This document shows positions 34,926 through 45,444 of a stretch of DNA of 64,000 bases, one piece after another. The notes beneath the pieces are model-generated. The model made no database searches. It saw nothing but the letters and a program-made list of their open reading frames with translations, and was not told the DNA's origin. Made by a program: the position numbers and the translations under genes. The stretch is taken from the NCBI GenBank assembly GCA_003599335.1, contig QZJN01000007.1, positions 812-64,811 on the forward strand, written 5' to 3'. The stretch comes from Candidatus Parcubacteria bacterium. GTDB lineage: Bacteria > Patescibacteriota > Minisyncoccia > SURF-38. Positions within the stretch are counted from its first letter, which is position 1. Each line of letters starts with the position of its first letter.

Positions 34926-36794
34926 ATGAATAAAAAATTTACATACATAGCGGTAGCATTAATTCTTGGCGTCATGGGCGCTTTAGCCATTGGCAGCTTC
35001 TGGAATGATGCCGTGACAACAGATGAATCTCCTCACACCGTTGCCGGTTATACCTATCTTAAATTCAAAGATTTTAGGATAAACCCAGAACACCCCCCGC
35101 TTATGAAAGATTTGGCCGGCTTGCCTTTACAATTTCAAAATCTTAATTTCCCGACAGAACACCCCGCATGGAAAGATAATGTAAACGATCAATGGTGGCT
35201 TGGACCGGTATTTCTTTATGAGTCAGGAAACAATCCTGATAAAATTATCAGATCAGCAAGATTAAGTGTGGTTATTTTTCTCTTTCTCTTGGGATGGTTT
35301 GTATTCCGCTTCGCGCGAAGCACATACGGAACAAAGGTTGCCCTAATGAGCCTTTTCTTGTTTGCATTCTCGCCTACTTTTTTGGCTCATGGGCGCTATG
35401 TAACAACGGATGTCGGAGCAACCTTGGGTTTTTTTATAGGAATATTTTATTTTCTAAGGTATCTCAAACAAAGAACAAATAGAAGTATGGTCGCGGCCGG
35501 TATAGCTCTTGGCATAGCGCTGCTTCTAAAATTCTCAAACTTTTTACTAGTGCCGTTCATTGGCCTCTTGGCGCTGATAGCCTCGTTGATAAATTGGCAA
35601 AAACCAGACCCTCAACAACAAATGACCGCTTTCAAAAATTCAAGGCAAATTGGCTTTGCTCTGCTTGGGATATTCGCAATCGCGGGAATCCTTATATGGA
35701 TAGTTTACGCTTTCCACGTTTGGGGCTATCCGCCAGAAAGACAAACGGCTGATATGGCTCATAATCTTTCCTCTTTTGGTTCTCGTTTCCTCGCAGATAC
35801 AGCTATAAAATTAAGTGAAATTTCAATTTTAAGACCCTTGGCCCAGTATCTCCACGGACTTTTGATGGTTGTACAAAGAGCAAGCGGGGGCAACACGACT
35901 TATTTTCTTGGAGAAGTGTCTGCCGCTGGGTGGACTCATTATTTTCCCGTTGTCTACCTGATAAAAGAACAGGTCGGCCTGCACATTCTTACAATCATAG
36001 CTTTCCTAACCTCCTTAGGAGGACTTTGGATCGCCTGGAAAAATTTACCCAGGAGAAAAATTGGCTTTTTGTGGGCGCGATTCAAAGAATGGTTATTAAA
36101 CTACAGAAATTTCGTTACTTTGACAGGTCTTTTATTTATCGCGATGTACTGGATAAATTCGATGACCAGTAATCTTAATATAGGCGTAAGACACGTTCTG
36201 CCGACGTTTCCGTTTATATATATGCTTGTTAGTTATCAAATCTTTAAATGGCTTGAAACGACAAATGTAAAAATAGAACCGAAAAATCCGTTTCATATTA
36301 TTACTGAATTTTTCCGCTCTTATCTTGCGACAGCCATCAAGGGAGCTTTTGTTGCTTTCATATTAATCTGGTATTTGCTCACGGCGGTTTTAACTTATCC
36401 TTTTTATCTTTCATATTTCAACGAACTTGTCGGCGGACCAGCCAAGGGATATCTTTACGCCGTTGACTCAAACCTTGATTGGGGTCAAGATCTAAAACGG
36501 CTGGCTGATTTTGTCGAAAAAAACAACATAGATAAAATACGAATTGATTACTTTGGAGGCGGCTCGCCTCGATATTATCTTGGCGATAAATTCATTCCCT
36601 GGCAGCCTTCAAAAGGAGAAGAGCCCGGCTGGATAGCCGTTTCTGCAACATTACTAATGGGTCAAACTGGAAAAACAGCGCCTGGTTTTATAAGAAACCC
36701 CCAGGATGAATACACTTGGCTTTTAAAACACAAGCCTGTTGCTCAAATTGGATATTCAATCTTTGTATTTAACATCCCCAAAGAAAAGCCTTAA
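34926..36794 (+). CDS. second ArnT/PMT_2-like membrane glycosyltransferase
   Basis: Multi-TM with the DESPHTVAGYTYL...EHPPLMKDLAG loop motif, followed by a large C-terminal soluble domain. Confidence 0.5.
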   Translation: MNKKFTYIAVALILGVMGALAIGSFWNDAVTTDESPHTVAGYTYLKFKDFRINPEHPPLMKDLAGLPLQFQNLNFPTEHPAWKDNVNDQWWLGPVFLYESGNNPDKIIRSARLSVVIFLFLLGWFVFRFARSTYGTKVALMSLFLFAFSPTFLAHGRYVTTDVGATLGFFIGIFYFLRYLKQRTNRSMVAAGIALGIALLLKFSNFLLVPFIGLLALIASLINWQKPDPQQQMTAFKNSRQIGFALLGIFAIAGILIWIVYAFHVWGYPPERQTADMAHNLSSFGSRFLADTAIKLSEISILRPLAQYLHGLLMVVQRASGGNTTYFLGEVSAAGWTHYFPVVYLIKEQVGLHILTIIAFLTSLGGLWIAWKNLPRRKIGFLWARFKEWLLNYRNFVTLTGLLFIAMYWINSMTSNLNIGVRHVLPTFPFIYMLVSYQIFKWLETTNVKIEPKNPFHIITEFFRSYLATAIKGAFVAFILIWYLLTAVLTYPFYLSYFNELVGGPAKGYLYAVDSNLDWGQDLKRLADFVEKNNIDKIRIDYFGGGSPRYYLGDKFIPWQPSKGEEPGWIAVSATLLMGQTGKTAPGFIRNPQDEYTWLLKHKPVAQIGYSIFVFNIPKEKP

Positions 36795-36892
36795 CTACTT
36801 GAGCTTATAATGTTTATATATTTCATAAACTTTTTTCAAAAAAGTTTATTCTTTGAATTTCAAACGACTTCCTTTAGTTTTTCCCTTCCGCC

Positions 36893-37678
36893 TTATTTGA
36901 GTTTATAGTAAGCCCTTTTAGGTATTGTAAGATCAATGTAATCGAGTTTTGATCTGTTTTCTTTTACCTGCGTTTTGAGCAATAAATCCAGATCTTCAAA
37001 TCTCTGATTAAAATCTAAATCCTTATCAACCCTTACTTCCCACCCCTCATAGGTTTTAAAAACAAGACTTTCTCCAAATTCAACTCTCTGGACCTGCGCG
37101 TTTAATCTTTCATTAATACTGTCCCTAAAAGATATAACGCCGGTAACTAAATTTTTACTGAAAAGACTAAGGCCCTCGTGTAAATCCTGACTCACATTTA
37201 CAGGCACGACAAGACTACCCTGACTATAAGGGGCATCCTGATAAATAACCCCCTCTGCGTCAGAATAAAAGCATTTATTTTGGGCATTGGAACAAACTAA
37301 AAGCACCGGCCTTCGCTCTTTAAAAACAACTGAAATTTTATCAGGAAATTCTTTTTTTACCGAAACGTTTGAAATAACAGGAAAACTTTTAGTTATGAAA
37401 TCGGCCAACTTTTCTTCAGAAAAAAAGATGGAGTTTTTACCACTTACAAAAAGAAGGACTTTTTTATCCAAATAATTATTTATTGCCGATAATAAATCTT
37501 CGGTACCAAGTTGTTCGTGCCCAGATAAAACAATATTTGAGATGTTAAACCAATCTGAAAATAAAGCTATATAGCCGACAAAAAAAGCTAACAGAAGAAA
37601 GATGGCGGAAAATATTAAAAGCTTACTTTTGAATTTTTTTTTCTTAAGATATGCATTTTCCCAACGGAGCGAATCCAT
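36893..37678 (-). CDS. ftsQ: FtsQ/DivIB-like cell-division protein
   Basis: N-terminal TM helix and a POTRA-like region (FNISNIVLSG...ISVVFKERRPVLLV). Confidence 0.45.
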   Translation of the reverse strand: MDSLRWENAYLKKKKFKSKLLIFSAIFLLLAFFVGYIALFSDWFNISNIVLSGHEQLGTEDLLSAINNYLDKKVLLFVSGKNSIFFSEEKLADFITKSFPVISNVSVKKEFPDKISVVFKERRPVLLVCSNAQNKCFYSDAEGVIYQDAPYSQGSLVVPVNVSQDLHEGLSLFSKNLVTGVISFRDSINERLNAQVQRVEFGESLVFKTYEGWEVRVDKDLDFNQRFEDLDLLLKTQVKENRSKLDYIDLTIPKRAYYKLK

Positions 37679-37687
37679 CTTGTTTTT

Positions 37688-38818
37688 TTATTTATAAATA
37701 CGCTTTAAAAGAGGATTAATACGACTAACAACCTCATAACTTATTGTATCAATTTTTTCCGCCAATTCTTCCGCGGAAATAATTTCATTCAAATCTTTTC
37801 CTATTAAAGTGGCTGTTTTTTCCAACCCGGCCTTTGAAATATTTGTAACATCAACCATAATCATATTCATACAAACCCTACCTAAAACTTTAGCTCTTTT
37901 TCCAGAAATTAAAACCTCCCCAACCGAAGATAACCCTCTATCATAACCATCCCAATAACCAACGGGTAAAACTGCCACCTTTGAATCTTTTTTTACTTTT
38001 TCAGTGAGATTATACCCCACAAACGAACCTTTCCTTAATTTTTTTACTTGAGCTATCTTAACTTTCCAACTCAAAGTTGGTTTTAAAAACAATCCATTTT
38101 TTCTTTCAACAAATATTTTAGTCTCTTCTGATGGCCAAAGACCGTATAAACTAATACCCGGCCTTATAAGATTAAAATGACTTTGTGGAAAAACAAGAGC
38201 CGCCGCAGAAGCTGCGCAATGGATAAATTTGGGATAGAAACCTCTGGCTTTAAAAATATTTACGGCTTTTTCCAGATTATTAAGTTGTTTTTTTGCATAT
38301 ACCAAATCCGAAGCGTCTTCTGCGTTTGCGAAATGGGTAGATAAACCCTCCAAAGATATGTTTTTATTTTTAACAAACTCTTCTAAAAAATCAGCAATAT
38401 CTTCAAACGCTATTCCCTGCCTGTTCGTCCCTGTCTCAATTTTTAGATGAACCGGAAAAATAACATTTTTTTTCTTGGCAATTCTGCCAAATTTTATCAA
38501 AGACTCTAAATTATATATAACGGCGCGAAGATTATATTCAAAAAGATACTTTAAATCTGAAATCGGAACATAACCCAAAATAAGAATAGGTTGTTTTATC
38601 TTTGCAAGACGCAGTGCAACGGCTTCCTCCATAGAATCAACCCCAAACCAATTTGCTCCGCCTTTTAGAAAAATCTTAGCCGCACCAACAAGTCCATGAC
38701 CATAAGCATTGCTTTTTACTATAGCCATAAGCTCGCTTTTTGGAGCGAGCTTTCTAAAACTTTTAACATTATGAAGTAAGGCTTTAATATCAACCTCTAC
38801 CCACGAACGAGTTTCCAT
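37688..38818 (-). CDS. alr: alanine racemase
   Basis: AIVKSNAYGHG PLP-lysine motif. Confidence 0.85.
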   Translation of the reverse strand: METRSWVEVDIKALLHNVKSFRKLAPKSELMAIVKSNAYGHGLVGAAKIFLKGGANWFGVDSMEEAVALRLAKIKQPILILGYVPISDLKYLFEYNLRAVIYNLESLIKFGRIAKKKNVIFPVHLKIETGTNRQGIAFEDIADFLEEFVKNKNISLEGLSTHFANAEDASDLVYAKKQLNNLEKAVNIFKARGFYPKFIHCAASAAALVFPQSHFNLIRPGISLYGLWPSEETKIFVERKNGLFLKPTLSWKVKIAQVKKLRKGSFVGYNLTEKVKKDSKVAVLPVGYWDGYDRGLSSVGEVLISGKRAKVLGRVCMNMIMVDVTNISKAGLEKTATLIGKDLNEIISAEELAEKIDTISYEVVSRINPLLKRIYK

Positions 38819-38823
38819 TTCTT

Positions 38824-40086
38824 TTATCTAGTCTTAATCTCTTTAAAAGAAAGATAGGAATGCAGAGCTTTTGGTATTTTTATTGAGCCGTCTTTTTGTT
38901 GATAGTTTTCAATAATTGCAATAAGCATTCTCCCAATAGCAAAAGCTGTGCCATTAAGCATGTGAACAAGTTTATTTTCCTTTCCGTCTTTGTATTTAAT
39001 GTTTAATCTTCGCGATTGAAAATCTGTTGTATTGCTACAAGAATGAGTTTCACGATAAACGTTTTGCCCAGGCATCCAAGCCTCAATGTCAAAAGTCGCG
39101 GCAGATGGGGCCGATAGATCGGCCGTACAAAGCTCAACAACACGATAAGGAATTTCAAGTTTTTGCATTAACTCCTCTTCACAGGATAAGAGTAGTTTAT
39201 GTTCTTTTTCAGAATCTTCTGATTTTGAAAAAATAAACATCTCAACCTTATCAAACTGATGCACCCGCAAAATTCCCTTGGTGTCTTTACCGTATGAGCC
39301 AGCTTCTCTACGAAAGCAGGTTGAAAATGCAACATAGCGCAATGGCAAATGTTTCTGATCTAAAACCTCGCCAGCATGCATGGGACCAATGCTTTGTTCT
39401 GAAGTTCCAACAAGATAAGAATTGTCTTTTTCAAGATAATACCGTTCGGCTCTATCTTTTTCTGTATCTACATATCCCATCGCCTGCATCATTTCTTCTT
39501 TGATAATAACCGGCGGCACAACCGGCATAAAACCTTTTTTTGAAAGCTCGTTCATTGCAAATTGAACCAAGGCAAACTCAAGTTGTACGAGTTCACTTTT
39601 TATATAACCAAAACGAGAGCCGGAAACCTTCCCAGCCCGTTCAATGTCTATAAAATTAGGCTCGGTTAGCGCCAGATAATCCTCTGGTTTAAATTCAAAA
39701 TCCGGCTTTTTACCCCATTCACGAATAACTTTATTATCTGTCTCGCTTTTACCAATAGGAACAGAGTCTAAAGGAATATTTGGAATTTTCTTCAGTCCTC
39801 TTAAGGCTTCGGTGTATTTTTTATATTGATCCTCATTATATTTAATATCATTTTTAAGCTTCCCGGCTTGCTCTAACATTTCTTTTGTTTTTTTATTTCC
39901 TGCCTTAGCAATTTCTTCTGAAACTTTGTTTAATTGCGCACGTTTATCTTCAAGCTTCTTTTTTAGCGCTCTTTCTTGTTGCAGCACCTCCTTTATCTCA
40001 ACGATGTCAATATCTTTAATCCCCCGGTTTTTTAAAGCGGTTTTTACTTTATCTACATCTTCTAAGATTAAATCTTTATTAATCAT
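38824..40086 (-). CDS. serS: seryl-tRNA synthetase
   Basis: N-terminal coiled-coil arm and class II motifs (FRREAGSYGKDTKGILRVHQFDKVE). Confidence 0.9.
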   Translation of the reverse strand: MINKDLILEDVDKVKTALKNRGIKDIDIVEIKEVLQQERALKKKLEDKRAQLNKVSEEIAKAGNKKTKEMLEQAGKLKNDIKYNEDQYKKYTEALRGLKKIPNIPLDSVPIGKSETDNKVIREWGKKPDFEFKPEDYLALTEPNFIDIERAGKVSGSRFGYIKSELVQLEFALVQFAMNELSKKGFMPVVPPVIIKEEMMQAMGYVDTEKDRAERYYLEKDNSYLVGTSEQSIGPMHAGEVLDQKHLPLRYVAFSTCFRREAGSYGKDTKGILRVHQFDKVEMFIFSKSEDSEKEHKLLLSCEEELMQKLEIPYRVVELCTADLSAPSAATFDIEAWMPGQNVYRETHSCSNTTDFQSRRLNIKYKDGKENKLVHMLNGTAFAIGRMLIAIIENYQQKDGSIKIPKALHSYLSFKEIKTR

Positions 40087-41542
40087 TTTTTTCTTTGAAA
40101 TATGGGAATATTGTTGTTTCGCGGATTGATTTATCCATTAAAACAGAGAATACGCGCTCAGACATTCCAAAACCGGCAGTTGGAGGCATCCCGTATTCCA
40201 GAGCTTCAATAAAAGCTTCGTCCAAAATCTGGGCCTCTTTGTCGCCGGCTTCACGAAGTTTCATTTGCTCTTCAAATCTTATGCGCTGATCAATTGGATC
40301 ATTCAATTCTGAAAAGCCATTTCCAATTTCTGAACCGCCGGCCATAATTTGAAAACGTTCAACTTGTTTTGGATTTTCAGACCTTCTCTTGGAAAGCGGG
40401 GAAACTTCAACCGGATGATGAATAATAAAACAAGGTTGAATCATTTTTGGCCTTACCGTTTTTTTAAAAATTAAATCTGCAAGCCTACCCCATCCCAATT
40501 CTTTATCTGCCTCAATTTTTAAAGACTGAGCTTTTTTGAGCAAATCTTCTTTTGAAGCCTTATTTAAATCAAGGCTTGTTTCTTTTTTGAAAACATCAAA
40601 ATAATCAATACGCGGCCACTTTTCTCCCCATTGAATTTTTTTACCATCGTATTCCGATTCCCCACGACCCAAAATTTTCTGCGCCAACTCCTTATAAAGC
40701 TTTTCCGTAAGCTCCATCGCATTATTATAATCCGCGTATGACCAGTAAAATTCCATCTGGGTATATTCTTGAAGATGCTCGGCATCAATGCCTTCATTTC
40801 TAAAAATCCTTCCTATCTCAAAAACTTTTTCATATCCGCCAACAATTAACTTCTTAAGCGGGAGCTCAAGAGAAATCCTAAGATAAAAATCTCTATTCAG
40901 GGCATTATAACGAGTACTAAAAGGCTCGGCGTCCGCACCCCCCGGAATATCTTCAAATACGGGCGTTTCAACCTCTAAAAAACCTTCTTTTGTTAGAAAA
41001 TTCCTAACGGTCTGCCAAAAAATATTTTTCTTCCTGAATAACTCTTTTGTTTCGGGATTTAAAAGCAAATCAAGATAACGACGCCTCATCCTTTCTTCAA
41101 AATCTTTCAGGCCATACCAAGTTGTCGGAACCGGCCTTATTGTTTTGACCAAAACTTTGTAATCCGAAACGTCAAGGCTCTTTTCGCCTCTTTTTGTTGT
41201 GAGAGCACTGCCATGAGCCTCGATAAAGTCACCAATATCAATAAATTCTTGCAGTTGCTTAAATTTTTCTTTACCTAATTTTTCTTCTTGGCAATGAAGT
41301 TGCAACTTGGAATCACCCCCCTGCAAATCCAAAAAAAGTAATGACCCATGCTCTCTTCTTCCAATGATCCTCCCGGCTAAAACAAGGTTTGTTTTGGCAT
41401 TTTCAAACTTATCGAATCCTTCTATAACCTCGCGAATATTGTGAGTACGAGAAGTTCTTGCCGGATAAGGATTAACCCCGGCTTTTTTCAAAGACTCAAG
41501 TTTTTCTATTCGCATCCGGCGCAGTTCTTCAATAGAAGCCAT
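40079..41542 (-). CDS. lysS: lysyl-tRNA synthetase (class II)
   Basis: OB-fold anticodon-binding N-domain, then FLEVETP...FRNEGID...EFYWSYADY class IIb motifs. Confidence 0.9.
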   Translation of the reverse strand: MASIEELRRMRIEKLESLKKAGVNPYPARTSRTHNIREVIEGFDKFENAKTNLVLAGRIIGRREHGSLLFLDLQGGDSKLQLHCQEEKLGKEKFKQLQEFIDIGDFIEAHGSALTTKRGEKSLDVSDYKVLVKTIRPVPTTWYGLKDFEERMRRRYLDLLLNPETKELFRKKNIFWQTVRNFLTKEGFLEVETPVFEDIPGGADAEPFSTRYNALNRDFYLRISLELPLKKLIVGGYEKVFEIGRIFRNEGIDAEHLQEYTQMEFYWSYADYNNAMELTEKLYKELAQKILGRGESEYDGKKIQWGEKWPRIDYFDVFKKETSLDLNKASKEDLLKKAQSLKIEADKELGWGRLADLIFKKTVRPKMIQPCFIIHHPVEVSPLSKRRSENPKQVERFQIMAGGSEIGNGFSELNDPIDQRIRFEEQMKLREAGDKEAQILDEAFIEALEYGMPPTAGFGMSERVFSVLMDKSIRETTIFPYFKEKND

Positions 41543-41581
41543 ATTATAGATATTATAGATAAAAAAGCTTCAATAATCAAA

Positions 41582-41602
41582 AACGCTCGTAGGCCGAGCG
41601 TT
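41582..41602 (-). terminator. rho-independent terminator after greA
   Basis: AACGCTCG-TAGGC-CGAGCGTT hairpin with a flanking T-run (an A-run on the plus strand). Confidence 0.55.
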
Positions 41603-41623
41603 TTTGATTATAATTAAAGAAAT

Positions 41624-42088
41624 TTAGGAAATATTCCCGATTGTGTATTTTATTACACCCGAAGGAGTTTTTATTTCAACGACGTCTCCAACTTTTTTAC
41701 CAAGTAATGCCTTGCCTATTGGAGACTCATTTGAGATTTTACCCTGCAAAGGATCGGCATCTTCAGAGCCAACTATGTGATACGTTTTTGTTTCGCTGCC
41801 AGATTTAACTTTTATCGTTGATCCAATTTGAACCTTACCGGTTGGCTTTGATTTTTGTATAACAACCGCTCGTTTCACTAAATCCTCCAACTCATAAATA
41901 CGGCGCTCGTTTTGATCTTGCGCCTCCCTCGCCTCCATGTATTCTGCATTCTCGCTTAAATCACCGAGTTTTTTAGCCTCCTCAATCCTTTGAGAAATCT
42001 CCTGACGCTTAGAGCTCTTTAAAATTTCAAGCTCGTTCTTTAATTCCTTAAGCTTATCAGCCGATATGTATTCTGCGTTTTCCTGCAT
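41624..42088 (-). CDS. greA: transcription elongation factor GreA
   Basis: Coiled-coil N-domain (LGDLSENAEYMEAREAQ) and an FKBP-like C-domain. Confidence 0.85.
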   Translation of the reverse strand: MQENAEYISADKLKELKNELEILKSSKRQEISQRIEEAKKLGDLSENAEYMEAREAQDQNERRIYELEDLVKRAVVIQKSKPTGKVQIGSTIKVKSGSETKTYHIVGSEDADPLQGKISNESPIGKALLGKKVGDVVEIKTPSGVIKYTIGNIS

Positions 42089-42147
42089 AATTATATATTA
42101 AGCCTCAATAATAGAGGCCCACATAAACAAAGTCAATGGTTGATATT

Positions 42148-44103
42148 TCATTGTCCTTGTTTTTGGTACTCGTCAAAATACCACCTCAATATCTCACGGG
42201 CTAATGGAACTGCCGATGTTGGACCATCGCCTCCACCCTCAACAACCACCGTTAAAACCAGGGAGGAATTTTCCGTAGGAGCAACGGCATTCATCCAACT
42301 ATGAGTCCTGGAATTACCAGGCCCAAATTGAGCCGTGCCGGTCTTACCGGCGGAAGAGAACGGCAAAGAAGAAAAAGATGCGGCTGTCCCATAGGCGGTT
42401 GTGCCCGACATTCCTTCCATTACAACTTTCAAATTAGATTGGTTAAAGCTAACACTACCAATCACCTCCGGCTCAATTTGCTCCACGGTCCCAAGTTTAT
42501 CGTCGACTAAAGATTTTAAAATTGTTGGCTTAAATAATTTTCCATCTGCAACCAAAGCGACAAAAGCCTTAGCAAGCTGCAGAGGTGTCACAAGTAAATC
42601 CCCCTGACCGATACTAACATGATAGGTATTGCCTATATTCCAAGGGCCGGCATTGTTTTTATTAGCTGCCTTCCAGACTGGAGTTGGGACTAAACCACTG
42701 GCTTCGGCTGGAAGATCTATATCTGTTAAATAACCAAAATCAAACAATTCAAGATATTTTTGTATCCTATCAATCCCCAATCCTTTTACGTCGCCATAAC
42801 CACCACCTATGGTATAAAAATAAACGTCAACCGAATTAGCAATGGCTTTTACCATATCAACGATTCCATGCACCTTCCAATCCTTGAACACAGATGGATT
42901 GGAAGGATTATAAGGATTTGGTATTACTATCTGACCACCGGCGTAAATTGTTTTTTTTGGGTCAATAATATTCTCTTCAAGAGCCGCCAAGGCTATAAAT
43001 GGCTTTATTGAAGAACCGGGAGGATAAACCCCAGAAATAGGCCTGTGAAAAAGAGGTTTGTTTTTATCCGAAACCAAAGATTTAAAACCTGAAACGCTTA
43101 TACCAGACGCAAATAAATTATTATCAAAACTCGGCCAACTAACTAGAGCTAAAATTTCTCCACTTTGAGGGTCAATTGCAACGGCTGCGGCGCCGTCAAC
43201 CGACGACACCCCACCCAGGGAAGTTTTAAATTGATCGTAAATCTTTTTCTGAAGATTAACATCAATACTCAAAACAAGATTTGGTCCACTGGCCGGCAAA
43301 GATATTAAATCTTCTTTTTGGATATGTCCCCTGGCATTAACATTGAATCGTCGCAAACCGGCAGAACCCCTCAAAATCTCATCATAAAAAAGCTCAACCC
43401 CGGATTTCCCAACATAATCGGTCGGAAAATATTTTCCGGTTTTAAGTTCTTGTTGATTTACCCTGCCAGTATAGCCCAAAACATGAGCCAACTCGTATCC
43501 AAATGGATAATATCTAACAGAACCCTTTTCCAACCTGAAACCCGGGAGATCAACAATCTGGCTTTCAATCTTCAAAATTTCTTCATGACTCAAGCCAAAA
43601 GCCAAAGGAATTGGCTCGGTTGAATTGTAGTCAAGATTGCTGAAAAAATTTATCAATAAACCCCTCTCCATCTTCAAAGATATTTCGAGAAAATCAAGAA
43701 TATTTTTGTTTTCGTAGATATTTTCTGGCAACAATTCTGGTATCACAACCAAATCAAAATTGGGTTTATTTTCAACTAAAGGTATAAGATTTCTGTCGTA
43801 AATTATCCCGCGAGGAGCCGCTATTGGGTAAACGCGGCTGGCATTTTTTTCGGCTGCCAAAATATATGCCGAACCGGATTCGGCTTGTAATTTTGAGGAG
43901 TAAATTATTAAGCCAAAAGAAACTATCAGAAATATAATGCCTAGTATATAGAAAACAAAATCTGGTATTGCCGATTCTAATTTATTTTCCAAATAGGCTT
44001 TTGGGTTTTTGGGATCATTATATAAAGGAGCATCTGGGAGTATTTCTTCCGGTTCAATGACAAAAGCATTATTACGTTTGATTTTAAACTTTTTACCAAC
44101 CAT
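42148..44103 (-). CDS. mrdA: penicillin-binding protein 2 (transpeptidase)
   Basis: N-terminal TM helix, SxxK (GSSIKP), SxN and KTGTA motifs. Directly downstream of mreBCD. Confidence 0.8.
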   Translation of the reverse strand: MVGKKFKIKRNNAFVIEPEEILPDAPLYNDPKNPKAYLENKLESAIPDFVFYILGIIFLIVSFGLIIYSSKLQAESGSAYILAAEKNASRVYPIAAPRGIIYDRNLIPLVENKPNFDLVVIPELLPENIYENKNILDFLEISLKMERGLLINFFSNLDYNSTEPIPLAFGLSHEEILKIESQIVDLPGFRLEKGSVRYYPFGYELAHVLGYTGRVNQQELKTGKYFPTDYVGKSGVELFYDEILRGSAGLRRFNVNARGHIQKEDLISLPASGPNLVLSIDVNLQKKIYDQFKTSLGGVSSVDGAAAVAIDPQSGEILALVSWPSFDNNLFASGISVSGFKSLVSDKNKPLFHRPISGVYPPGSSIKPFIALAALEENIIDPKKTIYAGGQIVIPNPYNPSNPSVFKDWKVHGIVDMVKAIANSVDVYFYTIGGGYGDVKGLGIDRIQKYLELFDFGYLTDIDLPAEASGLVPTPVWKAANKNNAGPWNIGNTYHVSIGQGDLLVTPLQLAKAFVALVADGKLFKPTILKSLVDDKLGTVEQIEPEVIGSVSFNQSNLKVVMEGMSGTTAYGTAASFSSLPFSSAGKTGTAQFGPGNSRTHSWMNAVAPTENSSLVLTVVVEGGGDGPTSAVPLAREILRWYFDEYQKQGQ

Positions 44104-44626
44104 GGCTTTTATTTTTTTTAATCAGTGGTTTGCCAGCGATAAAAAAATCTGGCCAAAAAAATCCTGCAACCAAAAGAATAGTTGAGTTAATCAAAGCGGT
44201 CGGTAAGACAGAACGCAAAAACCTCTCCCAAAATCCCCCAACGGCAAAGCTTGAAAACCCCAAATAATTATACAGAGATGATAAAAGTAGGAATAATACG
44301 AATGCAGAAAAAACTAAACTAAAACCCACTATTCCGACTGTCAAAAAATTCCTTTCGCCAAAAAATTTCTCAACAAACCAGCGAAGAAAAAAGAATGAAA
44401 GCAAAACCGAGACCGTCACAATGCCAAAGGGCAGGCTTGAAAAAATATCCAGCAAAATAACGCCGACCAAGACAAGCAATTCCGGGTTCTTTACTTTTGG
44501 CCGAAGGATAATTATTGTAAGCGCAAGAAAAAAAATATCGGGTTTCCAAAATTCAAATTGATTAATAAAACCAACTTGAATAAAAATACTAGCAAATATA
44601 AGAAAGGTTATGAAAGATCCACTCAT
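44093..44626 (-). CDS. mreD: rod shape-determining protein MreD (putative)
   Basis: Small polytopic membrane protein placed between mreC and mrdA. Confidence 0.5.
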   Translation of the reverse strand: MSGSFITFLIFASIFIQVGFINQFEFWKPDIFFLALTIIILRPKVKNPELLVLVGVILLDIFSSLPFGIVTVSVLLSFFFLRWFVEKFFGERNFLTVGIVGFSLVFSAFVLFLLLSSLYNYLGFSSFAVGGFWERFLRSVLPTALINSTILLVAGFFWPDFFIAGKPLIKKNKSHGW

Positions 44627-45444
44627 TGAACTCCTTCTATAATAAGAACACTGCCGACAGAAGTATAATCAATAAATGGTTCAATAACAGCCTGTTGATA
44701 GATTTCAGAATCGATGTTTATGACTTGTTTTACTCTGCCTATTGGCAACCCCTGTATAAAAATTCCGTCAAGACCCGAGCTAATAACAACATCGCCCTCT
44801 TTTAATGATTGATTTTTGGGGACGAAATCAAAAATAAGCCCTCCGTGCAATCTTCCTATCACTATACCGCTCGCCGACTCTGTTTTTGCGCTAACTTTGC
44901 TTAAGGGATCGGAAAGAAAAATCATCTGACTTGTTTTATTATAAGTTTCACCAACCCTGCCAATAAGAATCTGGTTTTCGCCCAAAACATTCATATTTTT
45001 TTGAATTCCGTTATTGCTTCCGACGTTTAAAATCCCAAAATCAATAAATCCAATGCTATCATTGGCGATAACGCTGGCAACCATAGGAACAAATTTCAAA
45101 CTTTCATTAAGACCGAGCTGACTTTTCAGAAAATTATTTTCTGATTCAAGGGAGATAAGTCTGGCCTCAAGTTGGCCAACTTCTCCACGAAGACTATTTA
45201 ATTCCTGAACGGTCTGACTTGATTTATTTATCGAACCAAAGGCATATATTAAATTTGCAAACCAGTCGGTCAGGTGATTAATGGGTAAAATGAGAGCAAC
45301 CCCCGGCCTAACCAAAAAATCCTTAAAATAAAAACCAACGACAAAAACAACAATTATAACCAAAACAATAAATAAAGTATTCCAAAAACTCCATAAAGTC
45401 TTTGAAGATTTCAATTTAAAAGACTTGGTCATTTTATTACTCAA
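44623..45444 (-). CDS. mreC: rod shape-determining protein MreC
   Basis: N-terminal TM helix, a coiled coil and a beta-rich C-domain. Lies immediately after mreB. Confidence 0.7.
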   Translation of the reverse strand: MSNKMTKSFKLKSSKTLWSFWNTLFIVLVIIVVFVVGFYFKDFLVRPGVALILPINHLTDWFANLIYAFGSINKSSQTVQELNSLRGEVGQLEARLISLESENNFLKSQLGLNESLKFVPMVASVIANDSIGFIDFGILNVGSNNGIQKNMNVLGENQILIGRVGETYNKTSQMIFLSDPLSKVSAKTESASGIVIGRLHGGLIFDFVPKNQSLKEGDVVISSGLDGIFIQGLPIGRVKQVINIDSEIYQQAVIEPFIDYTSVGSVLIIEGVQ

